Source: Trypanosoma brucei (lineage: Eukaryota). Taken from it: a stretch of DNA of 64,000 nucleotides. The translations under genes and the position numbers were made by a program. The stretch spans positions 320,001 to 384,000 of the forward strand of contig AL929603.2 of assembly GCA_000002445.1 (NCBI GenBank), in the 5' to 3' direction. Below, piece by piece: positions 10,289-22,977 of this stretch. A model generated the notes under the pieces. It made no database searches. It was not told the origin of the DNA and saw only the letters and a list, made by a program, of their open reading frames with translations. The number at the start of each line of letters is the position of its first letter. Positions within the stretch are counted from its first letter, which is position 1.

Positions 10289-12058
10289 ATGGAAGGCAGT
10301 GCAACTGCGAAAGCGTATATGCTTCCGTCACCAGAACTACGCCCGGTGAGTGGGACGGGTGCTTGCAAGTACATTGTGGTTACTGGTGGGGTATGCAGTT
10401 CCCTTGGAAAGGGAGTAACAACATCAGCTACAGGAGCACTTCTGCGCGCTGAAGGATATCAGGTGTGCAGTATAAAAATTGATCCCTACATTAATATGGA
10501 TGCGGGGCTTATGAGCCCCTACGAACATGGTGAAGTATATGTTCTTGATGACGGAGGGGAAGTAGATCTCGATCTTGGAAACTATGAGCGTTGGATGTCT
10601 GTTCAGTTGCGGCGTGAGCACAACATCACGACCGGTAAGGTCTACCAGAAACTCATAAACAAGGAACGTCAAGGGGGTTTCTTGGGTAAAACCGTGCAGT
10701 TGGTTCCGCATTTCACAAATGATGTCGTTGAGTCCATTTTTAGAGTATCTCAGAGCCCAGTTGATGAAAGTGGTGCCCAACCTGAAATATGCATGATTGA
10801 GCTTGGTGGTACAGTGGGTGATATGGAGTCTCAACCCTTTGTTGAGGCGTTGCGTCGGCTTCGCTGCTTAGTGGGGCCGGATGAATTTTGTTTAATGCAC
10901 ACGACATACCTACCGGTGTTTGGCGGATCACAGAAGACAAAACCAACTCAACACAGCACGCGCACTCTTCTCTCTATGGGGCTACAACCCGATATTTTGA
11001 TATGCCGAAGTGAAAACCGACTGACTCCTGATGCGAAGGAGAAGCTGAGCAATTTGTGTGGAGTGCGATCTGGTGATATCGTGTCTGCCCCGAATGTGAG
11101 TTGCCTCTATGAGGTTCCCGTTGTTTTTACTAAGGATGGCTTGGTTGATCGGCTGGTTGAAAAGCTCAGACTTGTGAAGAGGACACCAGCCACCGATGTG
11201 CCTCGTATTGACACATACAAAACTTACGTTAAGATCCTTCGCAACATGAGTAACCCAACTGTGCGTATTGCCTTCGTTGGAAAGTACTTGCAGGACGCCG
11301 GGGATACGTACTTTTCAGTTCTTCAATGCTTTGAACACTGCCAAATTGCCCTGCAAGTGCGTCTTGACATTCTTTACGTAGACTCCGAGGAACTTGAGGG
11401 TCCTAATGCGGATGAGGCTCGAAAAGCACTTCTCGGTTGTGACGGCATATTTGTTCCGGGTGGTTTTGGTAATCGGGGAGTGGACGGCAAGTGTGCTGCT
11501 GCTCAAGTAGCTCGCATGAACAATATTCCTTATTTTGGTGTGTGTCTTGGCATGCAAGTAGCAGTTATTGAACTCAGCCGCAATGTAGTGGGTTGGTCAG
11601 ATGCCAATAGTGAAGAGTTCAACAAAGAAAGCACCCATCAGGTGGTTCGCATCATGGATTGTGATCGTAACAAAATGGGTGCCAACATGCACCTCGGCGC
11701 TTGTGATGTTCACATCGTTGAGAAGTCATCCATCATGGCTAAGATTTACTCGAAATCAAACATTGTTGTTGAGCGACACCGCCACCGTTATGAAGTAAAC
11801 ACCGCTTACTTTGAAGATTTGCGTAAGGCTGGGCTTTGCATCAGTGCCGTGACGGACCCCACATTTTCCTCTCGCTGTCGTGTTGAGGCTGTGGAGAATC
11901 CGTCGTTACGCTTTTTTCTCGCAGTGCAATTTCACCCTGAGTTTATTTCAACCCCAATGGATCCCGCGCCAACATATTTGTCGTTTATGGCAGCAGCAGC
12001 CAAGAAGGATTACGTCTGGCCGCAAAAGTGTTCTCAACGCCGGTTGAAACAGGCGTAA
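10289..12058 (+). CDS. CTPS: CTP synthase
   Basis: 589 aa. The N-terminal synthetase domain reads KYIVVTGGVCSSLGKG. The C-terminal class-I glutamine amidotransferase domain reads GIFVPGGFGNRG...GVCLGMQ...HRHRYEVN. Confidence 0.9.
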   Translation: MEGSATAKAYMLPSPELRPVSGTGACKYIVVTGGVCSSLGKGVTTSATGALLRAEGYQVCSIKIDPYINMDAGLMSPYEHGEVYVLDDGGEVDLDLGNYERWMSVQLRREHNITTGKVYQKLINKERQGGFLGKTVQLVPHFTNDVVESIFRVSQSPVDESGAQPEICMIELGGTVGDMESQPFVEALRRLRCLVGPDEFCLMHTTYLPVFGGSQKTKPTQHSTRTLLSMGLQPDILICRSENRLTPDAKEKLSNLCGVRSGDIVSAPNVSCLYEVPVVFTKDGLVDRLVEKLRLVKRTPATDVPRIDTYKTYVKILRNMSNPTVRIAFVGKYLQDAGDTYFSVLQCFEHCQIALQVRLDILYVDSEELEGPNADEARKALLGCDGIFVPGGFGNRGVDGKCAAAQVARMNNIPYFGVCLGMQVAVIELSRNVVGWSDANSEEFNKESTHQVVRIMDCDRNKMGANMHLGACDVHIVEKSSIMAKIYSKSNIVVERHRHRYEVNTAYFEDLRKAGLCISAVTDPTFSSRCRVEAVENPSLRFFLAVQFHPEFISTPMDPAPTYLSFMAAAAKKDYVWPQKCSQRRLKQA

Positions 12059-12370
12059 AGGGAGTTGTGGCTTCAATAAGGAACAGAAAATTAAATATAT
12101 TCGTGGATAAAAAAGAGAGAAATGAGGGAGGGGGGAGGAGGAGGAGGGAAAAAAAAAAGGAGTTTTGTTGTTGTTAAGATGCGCTGTGTTTGGATACGGA
12201 GATGAAAACGAGTCTAGTGTATATATGTGTGTGTATGTGTGTGTGTGTAACAAGTGATACGCTTCGTATTCACGCTAGAAATGAGGTTAGTGGAGGAGAA
12301 CAAATTAATCGGGACGGCCATGACTTCCTCTTGAACGTTAACATAAACCGATTAATTCAATTCGTCAGAC

Positions 12371-12431
12371 CAATGAAAAAAGAAAAGAAAAAAGAAAAGA
12401 AAAGAAAAAAGAAAAAAGAAAAAAGAAAAAA
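12371..12431 (+). repeat. Homopurine (GAAAA/GAAAAA)n tract
   Basis: aaaagaaaagaaaaaagaaaagaaaagaaaaaagaaaaaagaaaaaagaaaaaaa with strict purine bias. The complementary homopyrimidine tracts lie at 13830-14000. Confidence 0.65.
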
Positions 12432-13353
12432 ACATTTTAGGTGTCACAGCAGGGCCATTGGTCTGGTGGAGGTGGTGGAGGAACTACGTTACGGAATGTG
12501 CTGCTCGTTGTAAAGGAACAATATGAACGCTATTACACATACCACTTTTTTTTCCCCCTTTTTTTTTACTCGTAGCCGGTTTTTTGTTTTTGTTTTTCTT
12601 TCCGTGGAGGCGGGTTGCTTTCCGCAAGAAAACTTCAAGTAAAGAAGTGAGGGGTGAAAAAAAAAAACAACAAAACAACAAAAAAGTTTCATGTGTTCTC
12701 CTTTTTTTTTTTTTCTGCTTTTGCTTTTATTTTCTCCTCTTGTTGGGACCTGCGTGCCGTTCTGAAATTTGTATAACTCATGACAATGAAACTTCTACAA
12801 TAAAAACTCACAATATGAATGGAAGAAGAAGAGGCGATTTGACACCGCTGCGGGATGCGAAACTCTCCGGGAAACAAAAAAAAAGGGCTGGAAGATATAT
12901 AAATATATATATATATATATTTGAGAATAGTAAAGAAGAGGAAAAAGAGAATTTTTTTTTTAAAAGAAAGTTTTTGTGTGAAGTGTGGAGAAGGGCTTTT
13001 TTTTTTTTGAAAAAAAAAAAGGTGCCGCTTTCGACACCAATGTGGATATTTGGCGCGCGCCTCTTCCTCCTCCTCTTTTGTCGTTTTCGTTTTCTTCTTT
13101 GGTGGTAACTACATCTGTATATAATATATATATATATATATATATATCCATGAAGGGGAAGTAAAAGAGAAAAAAAAAAGAGTCTAATAACGATAATAGC
13201 AATAATAATTATTATTATTTTAATAACAGTATTCGTCTCACTTCAAACTGAAACCGATATCACCAACTGCTAACCGCTATGGTTCCCAAGCTGCTTTACA
13301 CAATTAGTAAAAGACTGTGAGATTAACATTCCTTTTGTGCATGTGTTTGTGTT

Positions 13354-13390
<37 letters not shown>

Positions 13391-14499
13391 CTTCGCTTCA
13401 ACACGTGATTATGAGTACCAAAATAAAGAGGAGGAGGAGAAAGAGAAAGAGAAAGAGAAAGAGGGGAAAATAAAAATATATATATACCGACATGCGGACT
13501 TTTAAATGAAAACTTGAGCAAATTTACACATAAGCACACACAAGAACAAAATGACGAATTGAATCATCCAGCACAGTTGTGTTTAATAAGGTTATTGAAT
13601 TGGTGTAGTGCATGAATGGCAGGCTACGTAATTATTGTTACTATTATTATTATTATGATGATGATGAGGGGGGTTACGCAAGTAACTAATGGCCCAGATG
13701 CGGATGTGCTGAAGGGAAAGAGCGCTTGAGTAAGAAATAAATATTATTGAAAGAAAGAAAGAAAAAGAAAAGAAGCAAAAATAAGGGGGAATGAATGTGG
13801 AGGGACGTCACGTTACGGTCGGCTGCTTTTTGTCTGTTTTTCTCTTCTGTTTTTCTCTTCTTTTTTTTTCCTTTTTTAATTATTTTTCCCTCCTTTCCCC
13901 CTTTTCCCCGCCATTCCTCATCTCTTTTCCCACAACATACTCGCGCGTATGTTCCTCCTTTTTTTCTCTTTTTTTTCCTTTTTTTAATTATTTTAGGGGT
14001 GAGGGAAAGAGGAGGATGGGGAATCGTATTGATTGTTGATAACGCAACAAAAAAAAAATAAAAAATAAAAATAAAGTCCATTAACGAACTATAGAATTTT
14101 TTTTTATTTTCAAAAAAAGAAGATATTCGATACATGCCGTAACACTTGTCGAAGAAAGCGAAGCATCTGAGGGACACCATTGGCGAAATTTTTCAAATCG
14201 CACCTGTGCGGGGTACTCATGTCGCTGAAGTTATCTTTTTTTTTTCTACTTTTTTCTTTTTGTTCTTTTTTATTTTTCTTTGTATGTGTTTGTGCGTTTG
14301 TGTGTCTCTTTGTGTTTTTTTAAACAAATAAAAAAGAAAGAGAAAAGGGGAAAAAGAAATTATTATTGTTTCCGTTTTCCCTTCCTTCTTTTACTTCTTG
14401 GCCAAAGATAATTCCCTCTATTAAAAAAAAAACAAAAAAACAAAAGCTTGTGGTTCAGTGGTACATCGCTAACGGATCGTTTTATTTTAATTTAATTTA

Positions 14500-14640
14500 A
14501 TTTCTTTTTCTTTGTTTTTGTTTCGTTTTTTTTTAAAAAAAAATAACACCCCCCTCCTCCTTGTGGAGACTGTCCGCCTGACTGCTTTTATTTCATTTTT
14601 ATCCTTTTTCTTTCTCCTTTCTCCCCCTCATTTCTCTTTT
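14500..14640 (+). promoter_or_regulatory. Polypyrimidine tract, a probable trans-splice acceptor region for the homocysteine S-methyltransferase mRNA
   Basis: ctttttctttgtttttgtttcgttttttttt...ctttctcctttctccccctcatttctctttt immediately upstream of ATG 14687. Confidence 0.4.
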
Positions 14641-14686
14641 TAAAATAATAATAATAATACTACTAATAATAAACAATAAAGACAAA

Positions 14687-15988
14687 ATGAAGGACATTAG
14701 TTGCCCTACGGGGGAAACCGGCTCGATATTTGAGAAATCCAAGAAGTTTCAACATTTCTTTACGATGGATGGAGCTGTGGGGACATTGGTGGAAAGATGT
14801 GGTTTGGATCCATCTAAAATGGGTTCCATGTGGTCAACATCTGCACTTATCACGGATGAAGAAATAGTTCGTTACGTTCATAAATCCTACTTGGATGTGG
14901 GGGCCGATGTTATTTTAACAAATACTTATCAAATGCACGCCGCTGGATGTGCTCAGGCGGGAGTAACCATGAATGAAGTGGTAAACACCGCCGTCCGTGT
15001 TTTGTGCGACGGCATCACGCCTGAACGTGCGGCGGCAACAAAAGAGGCAAAAGTATGGGCTCAACATGTTATGAATAACAAAAGGAGCGAATTCGTAAAT
15101 GTGTTTGCTCCACTTTTTTATGGACCACGAGATGATGCATCAAAATGCCCGGTGTTGGTTGGTGGTAGTCTCGGATCATATGGAGCTTCACTCGGGAATG
15201 CGCAGGAATACCGCGGGGAATATGAGGTTAATGAAGACATCATCAGGGATTATTATGTAGGAAGGTTTATGGCCTTTGTGAACCATGTGGATGAGAAGGA
15301 GGCCCACTTGAAGGTGGATTTCATCATGATTGAAACAATTCCATTGTTAAATGAAGCAATAGAAATATTTACATGGCTGAAATATCAGAAGGAAGATGAG
15401 ACACTTCGGTCGGCACCGGTGTGTTTGTCATTTATTTCTTGTTTACGGGAACCGCGTCCTGACGTGACTGTTGATGATGCCACTTTGAATGAATGGTGGC
15501 TGGCGGCGGAATCAAACATCCGTCTTATTGATGGCAATACGTTTGAGAAGGCGTTTAATTCTCTAATGGAACTTCAGTTACCGCAGCTGGTTGGGTTTGG
15601 AACCAACTGCTGTAGTCCTCTTGAAGCGAGTGTCGTTGCAAGTGCTTTTCTCAAAAAGAAAAAGCATAAGGTGACGGACCCATCACTAGCGCTATTTTTG
15701 TATTCAAATTCTGGCGAAAACTTCAAGGAGGGGGAATGGCATTGGGGCGGTCAATTACCACGGGGTTCACATTCACCAACATCCAGCCCTAAGGAAACAT
15801 TACCATTTACAACATTACAGAGATTAATGTTGTGTTGCGAAGCTGATGTCCGCACCGCTGCTTTTTTTGCCTATCAGTTACTGCTTCAAAGGCCCGAAGC
15901 GGACGATTGGCTTTTCGATATTATCATCTGCGGCGGTTGTTGTCGTTCAACTCCTGAAGATATTGCTATGATACGCAGTTTAGTGTGA
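14687..15988 (+). CDS. Homocysteine S-methyltransferase (Pfam S-methyl_trans family)
   Basis: FTMDGAVGTLVERCG...ADVILTNTYQ is the hallmark N-terminus. The C-terminal Zn-binding region GGCCRSTPEDI is also present. Confidence 0.75.
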   Translation: MKDISCPTGETGSIFEKSKKFQHFFTMDGAVGTLVERCGLDPSKMGSMWSTSALITDEEIVRYVHKSYLDVGADVILTNTYQMHAAGCAQAGVTMNEVVNTAVRVLCDGITPERAAATKEAKVWAQHVMNNKRSEFVNVFAPLFYGPRDDASKCPVLVGGSLGSYGASLGNAQEYRGEYEVNEDIIRDYYVGRFMAFVNHVDEKEAHLKVDFIMIETIPLLNEAIEIFTWLKYQKEDETLRSAPVCLSFISCLREPRPDVTVDDATLNEWWLAAESNIRLIDGNTFEKAFNSLMELQLPQLVGFGTNCCSPLEASVVASAFLKKKKHKVTDPSLALFLYSNSGENFKEGEWHWGGQLPRGSHSPTSSPKETLPFTTLQRLMLCCEADVRTAAFFAYQLLLQRPEADDWLFDIIICGGCCRSTPEDIAMIRSLV

Positions 15989-18097
15989 GGTTGTTTTTTT
16001 TTATTTTTCGTTATTTGACAGCACTCACTTATCTTTACCATGGTGTTTCTCCGTTATAGGTATGGAGTTACGATTTTTTTTCCTTTTTTTTCCTTTTCAA
16101 ATATTGTTTTTCTTATATTGTTCCTTTTTCTTTTTCGTATCTTTTCTCATTTTTCTTTTTTTTTTCTGGGGTGGAGCTATGATTTTCATGACTAGTGACA
16201 GAGCCCCCATTCATTTCCCTTCTTTTTTCTTTTTTCTTTTTTCCTTTTTTCCTTTTTTCTCTATTCCTTTCCTTTCCTCAACGAAAAAAGAAGAAAGTGA
16301 AAATGTTGTAAGTGAATTAACCAAAATTCAAAAAAAAAAGCAGCAAAGAAAGAAAAATAAAAGGAAAAGAGGATACAACAACAGAAGCAATCAAACAAAT
16401 AAACAAAGAAATAAACACATCAACACAAGAATTCAAGCCAGAATAGAAACAACAAAAAGAAATGATGTTGAAGTGAAAGCGGCTACTTTTTAGTGTGCAG
16501 CGGCCAGTGTTTTTTTCTTTTTTGGTCCGGCACCTTCATTTCGTTTTTATCGTTTTGCTGCAAGAGAAAAAGAAAAGAGGAAGGGATTATTATCTGAATT
16601 TATTTGATGAAGGATAATTTGAAAGTGTTTTCACTTTTATTGTTTAGTTTCGTTTTGTTTGTAGTGGTTATTGTAACGCCGGTGACGGTTAAGATAGAAA
16701 ATCACACGTAACGGAGGGATGATTTTTAAAATCAAAGAGATTTTTTAATATTAAAGAGAAGAAAAACAAAGACGTAAATTGAAAAAAAAAAAGCACACAG
16801 TGGTGAAGTTTGACCACAGACATGAATTTAATTTAACGTTCCAATGACAAACGAAACAAACACACGTTTATTAAACATTTTTGTGATCGTTGTCATTGTT
16901 GTTATCACTTACTCTCTTTTACCCTGTCGTCTTTCTTTCTTTTTTTTTTTTAGTGCTGTGATTACCAAATTTTTTCCCCTGTTTAAATAATATATCTAAT
17001 CATAAATAAATATATATATATTTCTATATTCCCCTCCCATTTCCCCCATTTTCCTACTAAACTATCATCCGTTATTTCTCTTTTTCTTTTCTTTTATTAT
17101 TTTTATTTTTTCCCCCTTTATCTTGTTTCATAATTTGTTTTTTTTTCTTTTTAAATCGAACGGATGATGTTTAAAAGGAGGGGAAAATGTTGTTTAAAGA
17201 TTATTTATAACCTCCATAGCACACGGACACACACACACACACACAAAAACAAAAACAAAAATAAAAAAGAAAAAAACGGAGGAAAATGAATTAAATAATA
17301 GATATATTATTATATCAGTAAGAGGGGAGAGATATATAACGTATAAAAAAGGAAAAAAAAAACAACGTGGAGGAAAAATAAGAATAATGTGAGGGGAAAA
17401 TACAATAGAATGTTTGAGTGCCGAATTTGTGTGCATGTGTTTTTAGCAACAGATGAAAATGCTGGCGACATTAGGGGGTGTAAAAAAAAAAAAGAAAAAG
17501 AAAAAAAAAGAAAAAAAGAAAAGAGGGTTCGTAGGAATATTCATTTCAAAAGCAATAAAACGGAGAACACAAATGTCTCTATGTGGAAATATTGGCGAGA
17601 GTACCGCTGTTGTTTTGATGATATGTTTCAATTTTTTTTCCCCCTTTACTTTTGGTTTTTCCATTAATAATTCTTCACTTTTTTACACACTCTTTCCTCT
17701 CTCTCTCTCTTTTTTTCTTTTATCATTTTATGTTTTGCAAGTTTCTGATGACACGTATGAAAGTTGCCTTCACTGAGGCACGAGTTTTGGTTTCGCAACT
17801 TTGCATTTTACAAACCGTCAAAACCCACATGAGTAAATGTTCCCTCAAATCCCTTTTCCTTTTGTTATTATTATTATTTTGTTGTTATTATTTTCACTGA
17901 TTTAAGACTATTCATCTCAATTCTTTTCCTTTTCCATTTTCCCTTTTCTTCTTTTTCCCCTTTTCCCCTTTTTTTTTTTCCACTTTTAAATTATTTACAT
18001 CCGTCTTTAGTTGTTGCCTCTGTTGTTGCCAATTTCTTTCCCCCCCTCCCATACGTGTAGCTGCAAAGCAAAGAAAAAATAATAATAAATTAAAACA

Positions 18098-19021
18098 ATG
18101 ACAGAGATTGTGTCGGATAATTACTTTCCACCTAACGACAAATTGGGAGAAACTCCCTCGGTTCCGAACGAAGCAACTCCACCTCTCGAATCGCCCTCAA
18201 GTACCACTGAAAACGCAACATCATTAAAAAGGGAGGAGAACACATCGGCGTTACATTCAAACTCACTTTTGGACACATCATCAAGTATATGCGCATTTGA
18301 GTTTAATTTTGTTATTGAACAGGATGAAACAGTGCGTGGCGCAATTGAGACTATTAATGCTCTCATGCAAGCGGGTGACATTAATGGGGCGGTAGCGGTA
18401 GCTGAAGCGAGTCAACTTACTATTGATATGTTAGCGCTCAATGGAACACAACTGGCGACTGCAATGAATATGACGCTAAAATATGCGGTGCGGCCGATAT
18501 GTGGCGCTTTCTTATTTTTATTTGATACCGCCTTTGGTGTGTGGGCGATGGTGCCCTCATTAGAGGGAATTTTGAGAAAAACAGCACACAAAGTTGAAAA
18601 TAATAATACCACCGCCACTTCTTACGTAGCAACGCGTGAGAAACCTTTCTTATGGGGTATTACAGGCGGAATGGATGTTACAAATCGGGTGTACGCGGAG
18701 GTGACGATGCTCGTTGTTTGTGTTATTCTTTGTTTGCTTATTTTTAGTATTCGCCGTTTGTTTAGGCATTATTCTGCGAGCATTGACACTTTGGAAGCTT
18801 GGAAACAAAAAAGTTGGCATGTCCAGGCAAATGGTGCGTATTCGCCAGCTCCTCTGTTACCGTTGGCTGTAAACCATACGCACGTTGAGACACTCGCATG
18901 GGAGGATGGATTGCAGTTTGCCAACAAATCAAAGTCACTGCATAATATTTCTCCCACGTCGTCTGGAGCGAACTTAGTGGAAGATAACATGAGCCCAATA
19001 TCACTTTCACGCACCATGTAG
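18098..19021 (+). CDS. Hypothetical protein with a single predicted transmembrane helix
   Basis: 307-aa ORF with ATG at 18098 after a long polyY tract at 17900-18060. The hydrophobic segment is VTMLVVCVILCLLIFSI. Confidence 0.4.
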   Translation: MTEIVSDNYFPPNDKLGETPSVPNEATPPLESPSSTTENATSLKREENTSALHSNSLLDTSSSICAFEFNFVIEQDETVRGAIETINALMQAGDINGAVAVAEASQLTIDMLALNGTQLATAMNMTLKYAVRPICGAFLFLFDTAFGVWAMVPSLEGILRKTAHKVENNNTTATSYVATREKPFLWGITGGMDVTNRVYAEVTMLVVCVILCLLIFSIRRLFRHYSASIDTLEAWKQKSWHVQANGAYSPAPLLPLAVNHTHVETLAWEDGLQFANKSKSLHNISPTSSGANLVEDNMSPISLSRTM

Positions 19022-19556
19022 TGTAGTTTCTGCAGAGTGTTGCGAAAAATTATGAGTGCGCGTATGTGTGGTTGGAATCCCTGGCTACCTTGTCCATCAA
19101 ATGCAAAGTCGCAGCTATATTGTAATTGTGATTGTGATTGTGTTACTGTTACTACTAATACTGCTACTGCTACTATTACTATTACTATTACTACTACCCG
19201 CTGCTGGCTGTATGATTACTGCCGGCTCTTTAAAAACACTTCCGCTAACGCTGCGTGTTCTATTAGTTTTGTAACGCGCACGAATACATTGTTGAAGTGA
19301 TTTCACATCGTGATATCTACGCTTGTTGAAAACCATCAAATCTGTGGTCGCGCTGACTGAAGTTTCAGTATATATATATATATATATGCATGTACGTGTT
19401 TATTTGTTTATTCATTTACTCTTCCCACTTTATTGTCCTTATTTCTCATTTTTATTATCAACGTGATTGCTTCCCCAAATAAAAACGGTACTCTTGCGAT
19501 TCATTTGTGTAAGAGGGGAAGGTGTGTGTGTGAAAAGCCTTTATGTTAATAGCAGA

Positions 19557-20849
19557 ATGTCACTTCTAGTTGCTCTCGTACGCGTCATCGGGTTTGTTCT
19601 ATTCTTTACCGCCCTATTGCGGGTGAAGAAAACTCGCGTCCGACACCTTCCCTCGCGCCGTACGCGTGTGTCACGGCATCAAGGTGAGACATGCATATGG
19701 TTGGAGCGATTAACGAGTGCTGTGTTTGACATTTTTTATAGCGCGATGCGTGAAGGGAATGAACCCGACACGAGGGAGCAGCGAGGGCAAAGCCAAAACA
19801 ATTCGTGCGAAGGAGATTTTGCGGCCAACTCAGCGCGGCGTGAGGATAAAAGCTGCGGTGGCGGTGGCGGAGTTGGTGGGGATGCATGGCGTTTTGTAAG
19901 ATTAATTGAGGAACATGTGGAGGCACTGCTAGAGGATCGTGGCATAGCTGCATGCGCAACTTTCAACATACATTCACTTGGCGATAAGCCACCCATTATA
20001 CGAGCCATACGGGTAATAAACCGTACAGGAATGGAATCCGTCCCACCAGGTTCTGCTGCTCCGGCGACAGGGAGTGGCAGCCCCGGATCTGGTGATAAAG
20101 ACACTGCCACGCCTTCCACAGTTGTTGTACCACCCGCCCTTAACGCTAACACCTCCACTAGTATCAATGCCACCGGAGTTAAACCAGTGGTTTCGCACAA
20201 AACGAAGCTTCGTCCCTCTCAACTTACCTTGTATCCAACAGGTGACGGTACGGAGAAATGGCACAACGAAATGCACCCGGACGAGGCTGTGGCAGCTGCG
20301 CCGTCAGCGGCAAACCCCATTCTATCGTGTTTACCTCCACTGCCGGCAACAGCAATTGAACTGGAGGCTGAAGTGGAGTATGCTGGGGATATTGACGTAA
20401 GGTTGCAGGCTGATATTTGCCTCGCACGTGGAAGGCGATTACCGGTGTTTATTCGTGTTAGTGACGTTGAATACATCAAAGCCCATGTGAGACTGCATGC
20501 CACGCTGAAGCATGAAAATGCCACGATGGATACTCAGCGAAAGCCGTACCTCCAGTGTACTTTATGGCTTGAATCGGAGCCAACGTTCTCCTTCAAAATG
20601 TCCACGGTCTTTAGTTTCCATGGGATTCGCGATTTCTTCGCCGTTCCGGTTGTAGCTAAGTTTTTGTTTCTCCGCCTTGTTAACTATCGCATGTTGTATC
20701 CGCGTGGCGCGGGTTTGTCATTTAATATTCCCCTCCCAGAAGACGTGGTGGACGGTGGCGTTTATCCCTGGTTTTCGCCCATGGATGACGTTGGGACGGT
20801 GGCGACTCCCTCGCTAAATAGTTTTATGATGGGGCGCGGTGCATTGTGA
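19557..20849 (+). CDS. Hypothetical membrane protein with an N-terminal transmembrane anchor
   Basis: The track ORF starts at TTG 19467. The first ATG is 19557 (MSLLVALVRVIGFVLFFTALL is the TM helix). The C-terminal region is beta-rich. A lipid-transfer (SMP-like) fold is only a guess. Confidence 0.4.
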   Translation: MSLLVALVRVIGFVLFFTALLRVKKTRVRHLPSRRTRVSRHQGETCIWLERLTSAVFDIFYSAMREGNEPDTREQRGQSQNNSCEGDFAANSARREDKSCGGGGGVGGDAWRFVRLIEEHVEALLEDRGIAACATFNIHSLGDKPPIIRAIRVINRTGMESVPPGSAAPATGSGSPGSGDKDTATPSTVVVPPALNANTSTSINATGVKPVVSHKTKLRPSQLTLYPTGDGTEKWHNEMHPDEAVAAAPSAANPILSCLPPLPATAIELEAEVEYAGDIDVRLQADICLARGRRLPVFIRVSDVEYIKAHVRLHATLKHENATMDTQRKPYLQCTLWLESEPTFSFKMSTVFSFHGIRDFFAVPVVAKFLFLRLVNYRMLYPRGAGLSFNIPLPEDVVDGGVYPWFSPMDDVGTVATPSLNSFMMGRGAL

Positions 20850-21298
20850 CGATGAATAACCGTTGCCGCCTTTTATATATATGTGTGTGTGTGTATGTGT
20901 GTTTTATATTTTTTCATTGTGCCTTGGGCTGTACGATGGTGGTGCCGGTGTGATTCTCAACTGGAGAAGTGAAATCTGCCTTTCATTTAAGGTAGTATTT
21001 ACGGGTGAGCGAAATGAGGAGATCCAGTCGCGAGGCGAGGGTAAATGCGGTGACATTTACGTTGAATGTGTATGCCTTTGCGCAGCGTCGTTGTGCATTT
21101 GCCCTCAGTGAATACTTTAGGTGCTTCACCTCGCAGAAAGAGGCGAGAAGTGGAAGGAACGCAAAGAGCTGACACGTATAGAAATAAGTGTGTTTTATAC
21201 AGTGTGCCGAACTATGGCCGCATGTATCTTTTTTCTTCTGTTTGTATCGTACCTTCCCATTCAATCTTCACAATGGAAGCAGTGATTGGGGTGCATAG

Positions 21299-22519
<1,221 letters not shown>

Positions 22520-22977
22520 GTGACATCCTTTCACATCATTGGATTTACCTGTCGTGTTGTTGGAGTTCAAACCATATTGTTAGGAAAGGCACTTCCAACT
22601 CAACGAAGATGGGTGGTGGATATGGTTGGAGCTATCCGTTCACAGATAAGAGCGTCAACGAAAGGAAAAAAAAATACATATAGTCACATTACCACTCCTT
22701 AATGTATTAGGTTACCTGCAAGCGCGCATGGCACCTCTTCATAATAGTATATCCTTTAAGTATGTCGTAATATTCAAGGAGAATTTTTTTCTGTTGATAT
22801 CCATTTAAACGCCAGGAGGGAATTACTCTCTTCTTTTTTTAGAATCTCCTTGTTTGTTTTTCTTTTCAGTGCTCAGTTTTGATTTAATTTATTATTGACA
22901 CCCATATCCTCTTCGACCTGTCGAAGGACCTTACCAGGGGGGAGGGAGGGGGGAAAGGAGAGTGAATTTTGTCATTT

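Noticed and set aside
12190-13108. ORFs 12190-12513 and 12584-13108 in the CTPS-HMT spacer
   Set aside because: They encode poly-K/E/R runs from (GAAAA)n and poly-F from T-tracts, with no coding signal.
18121-19017. Minus-strand ORFs (82-86 aa) antisense to the 18098-19021 CDS, and similar antisense ORFs within CTPS, kinesin, PP2A-A and paralogue genes
   Set aside because: They lie wholly inside longer, better-supported + strand genes and have no polyY/AG context of their own.
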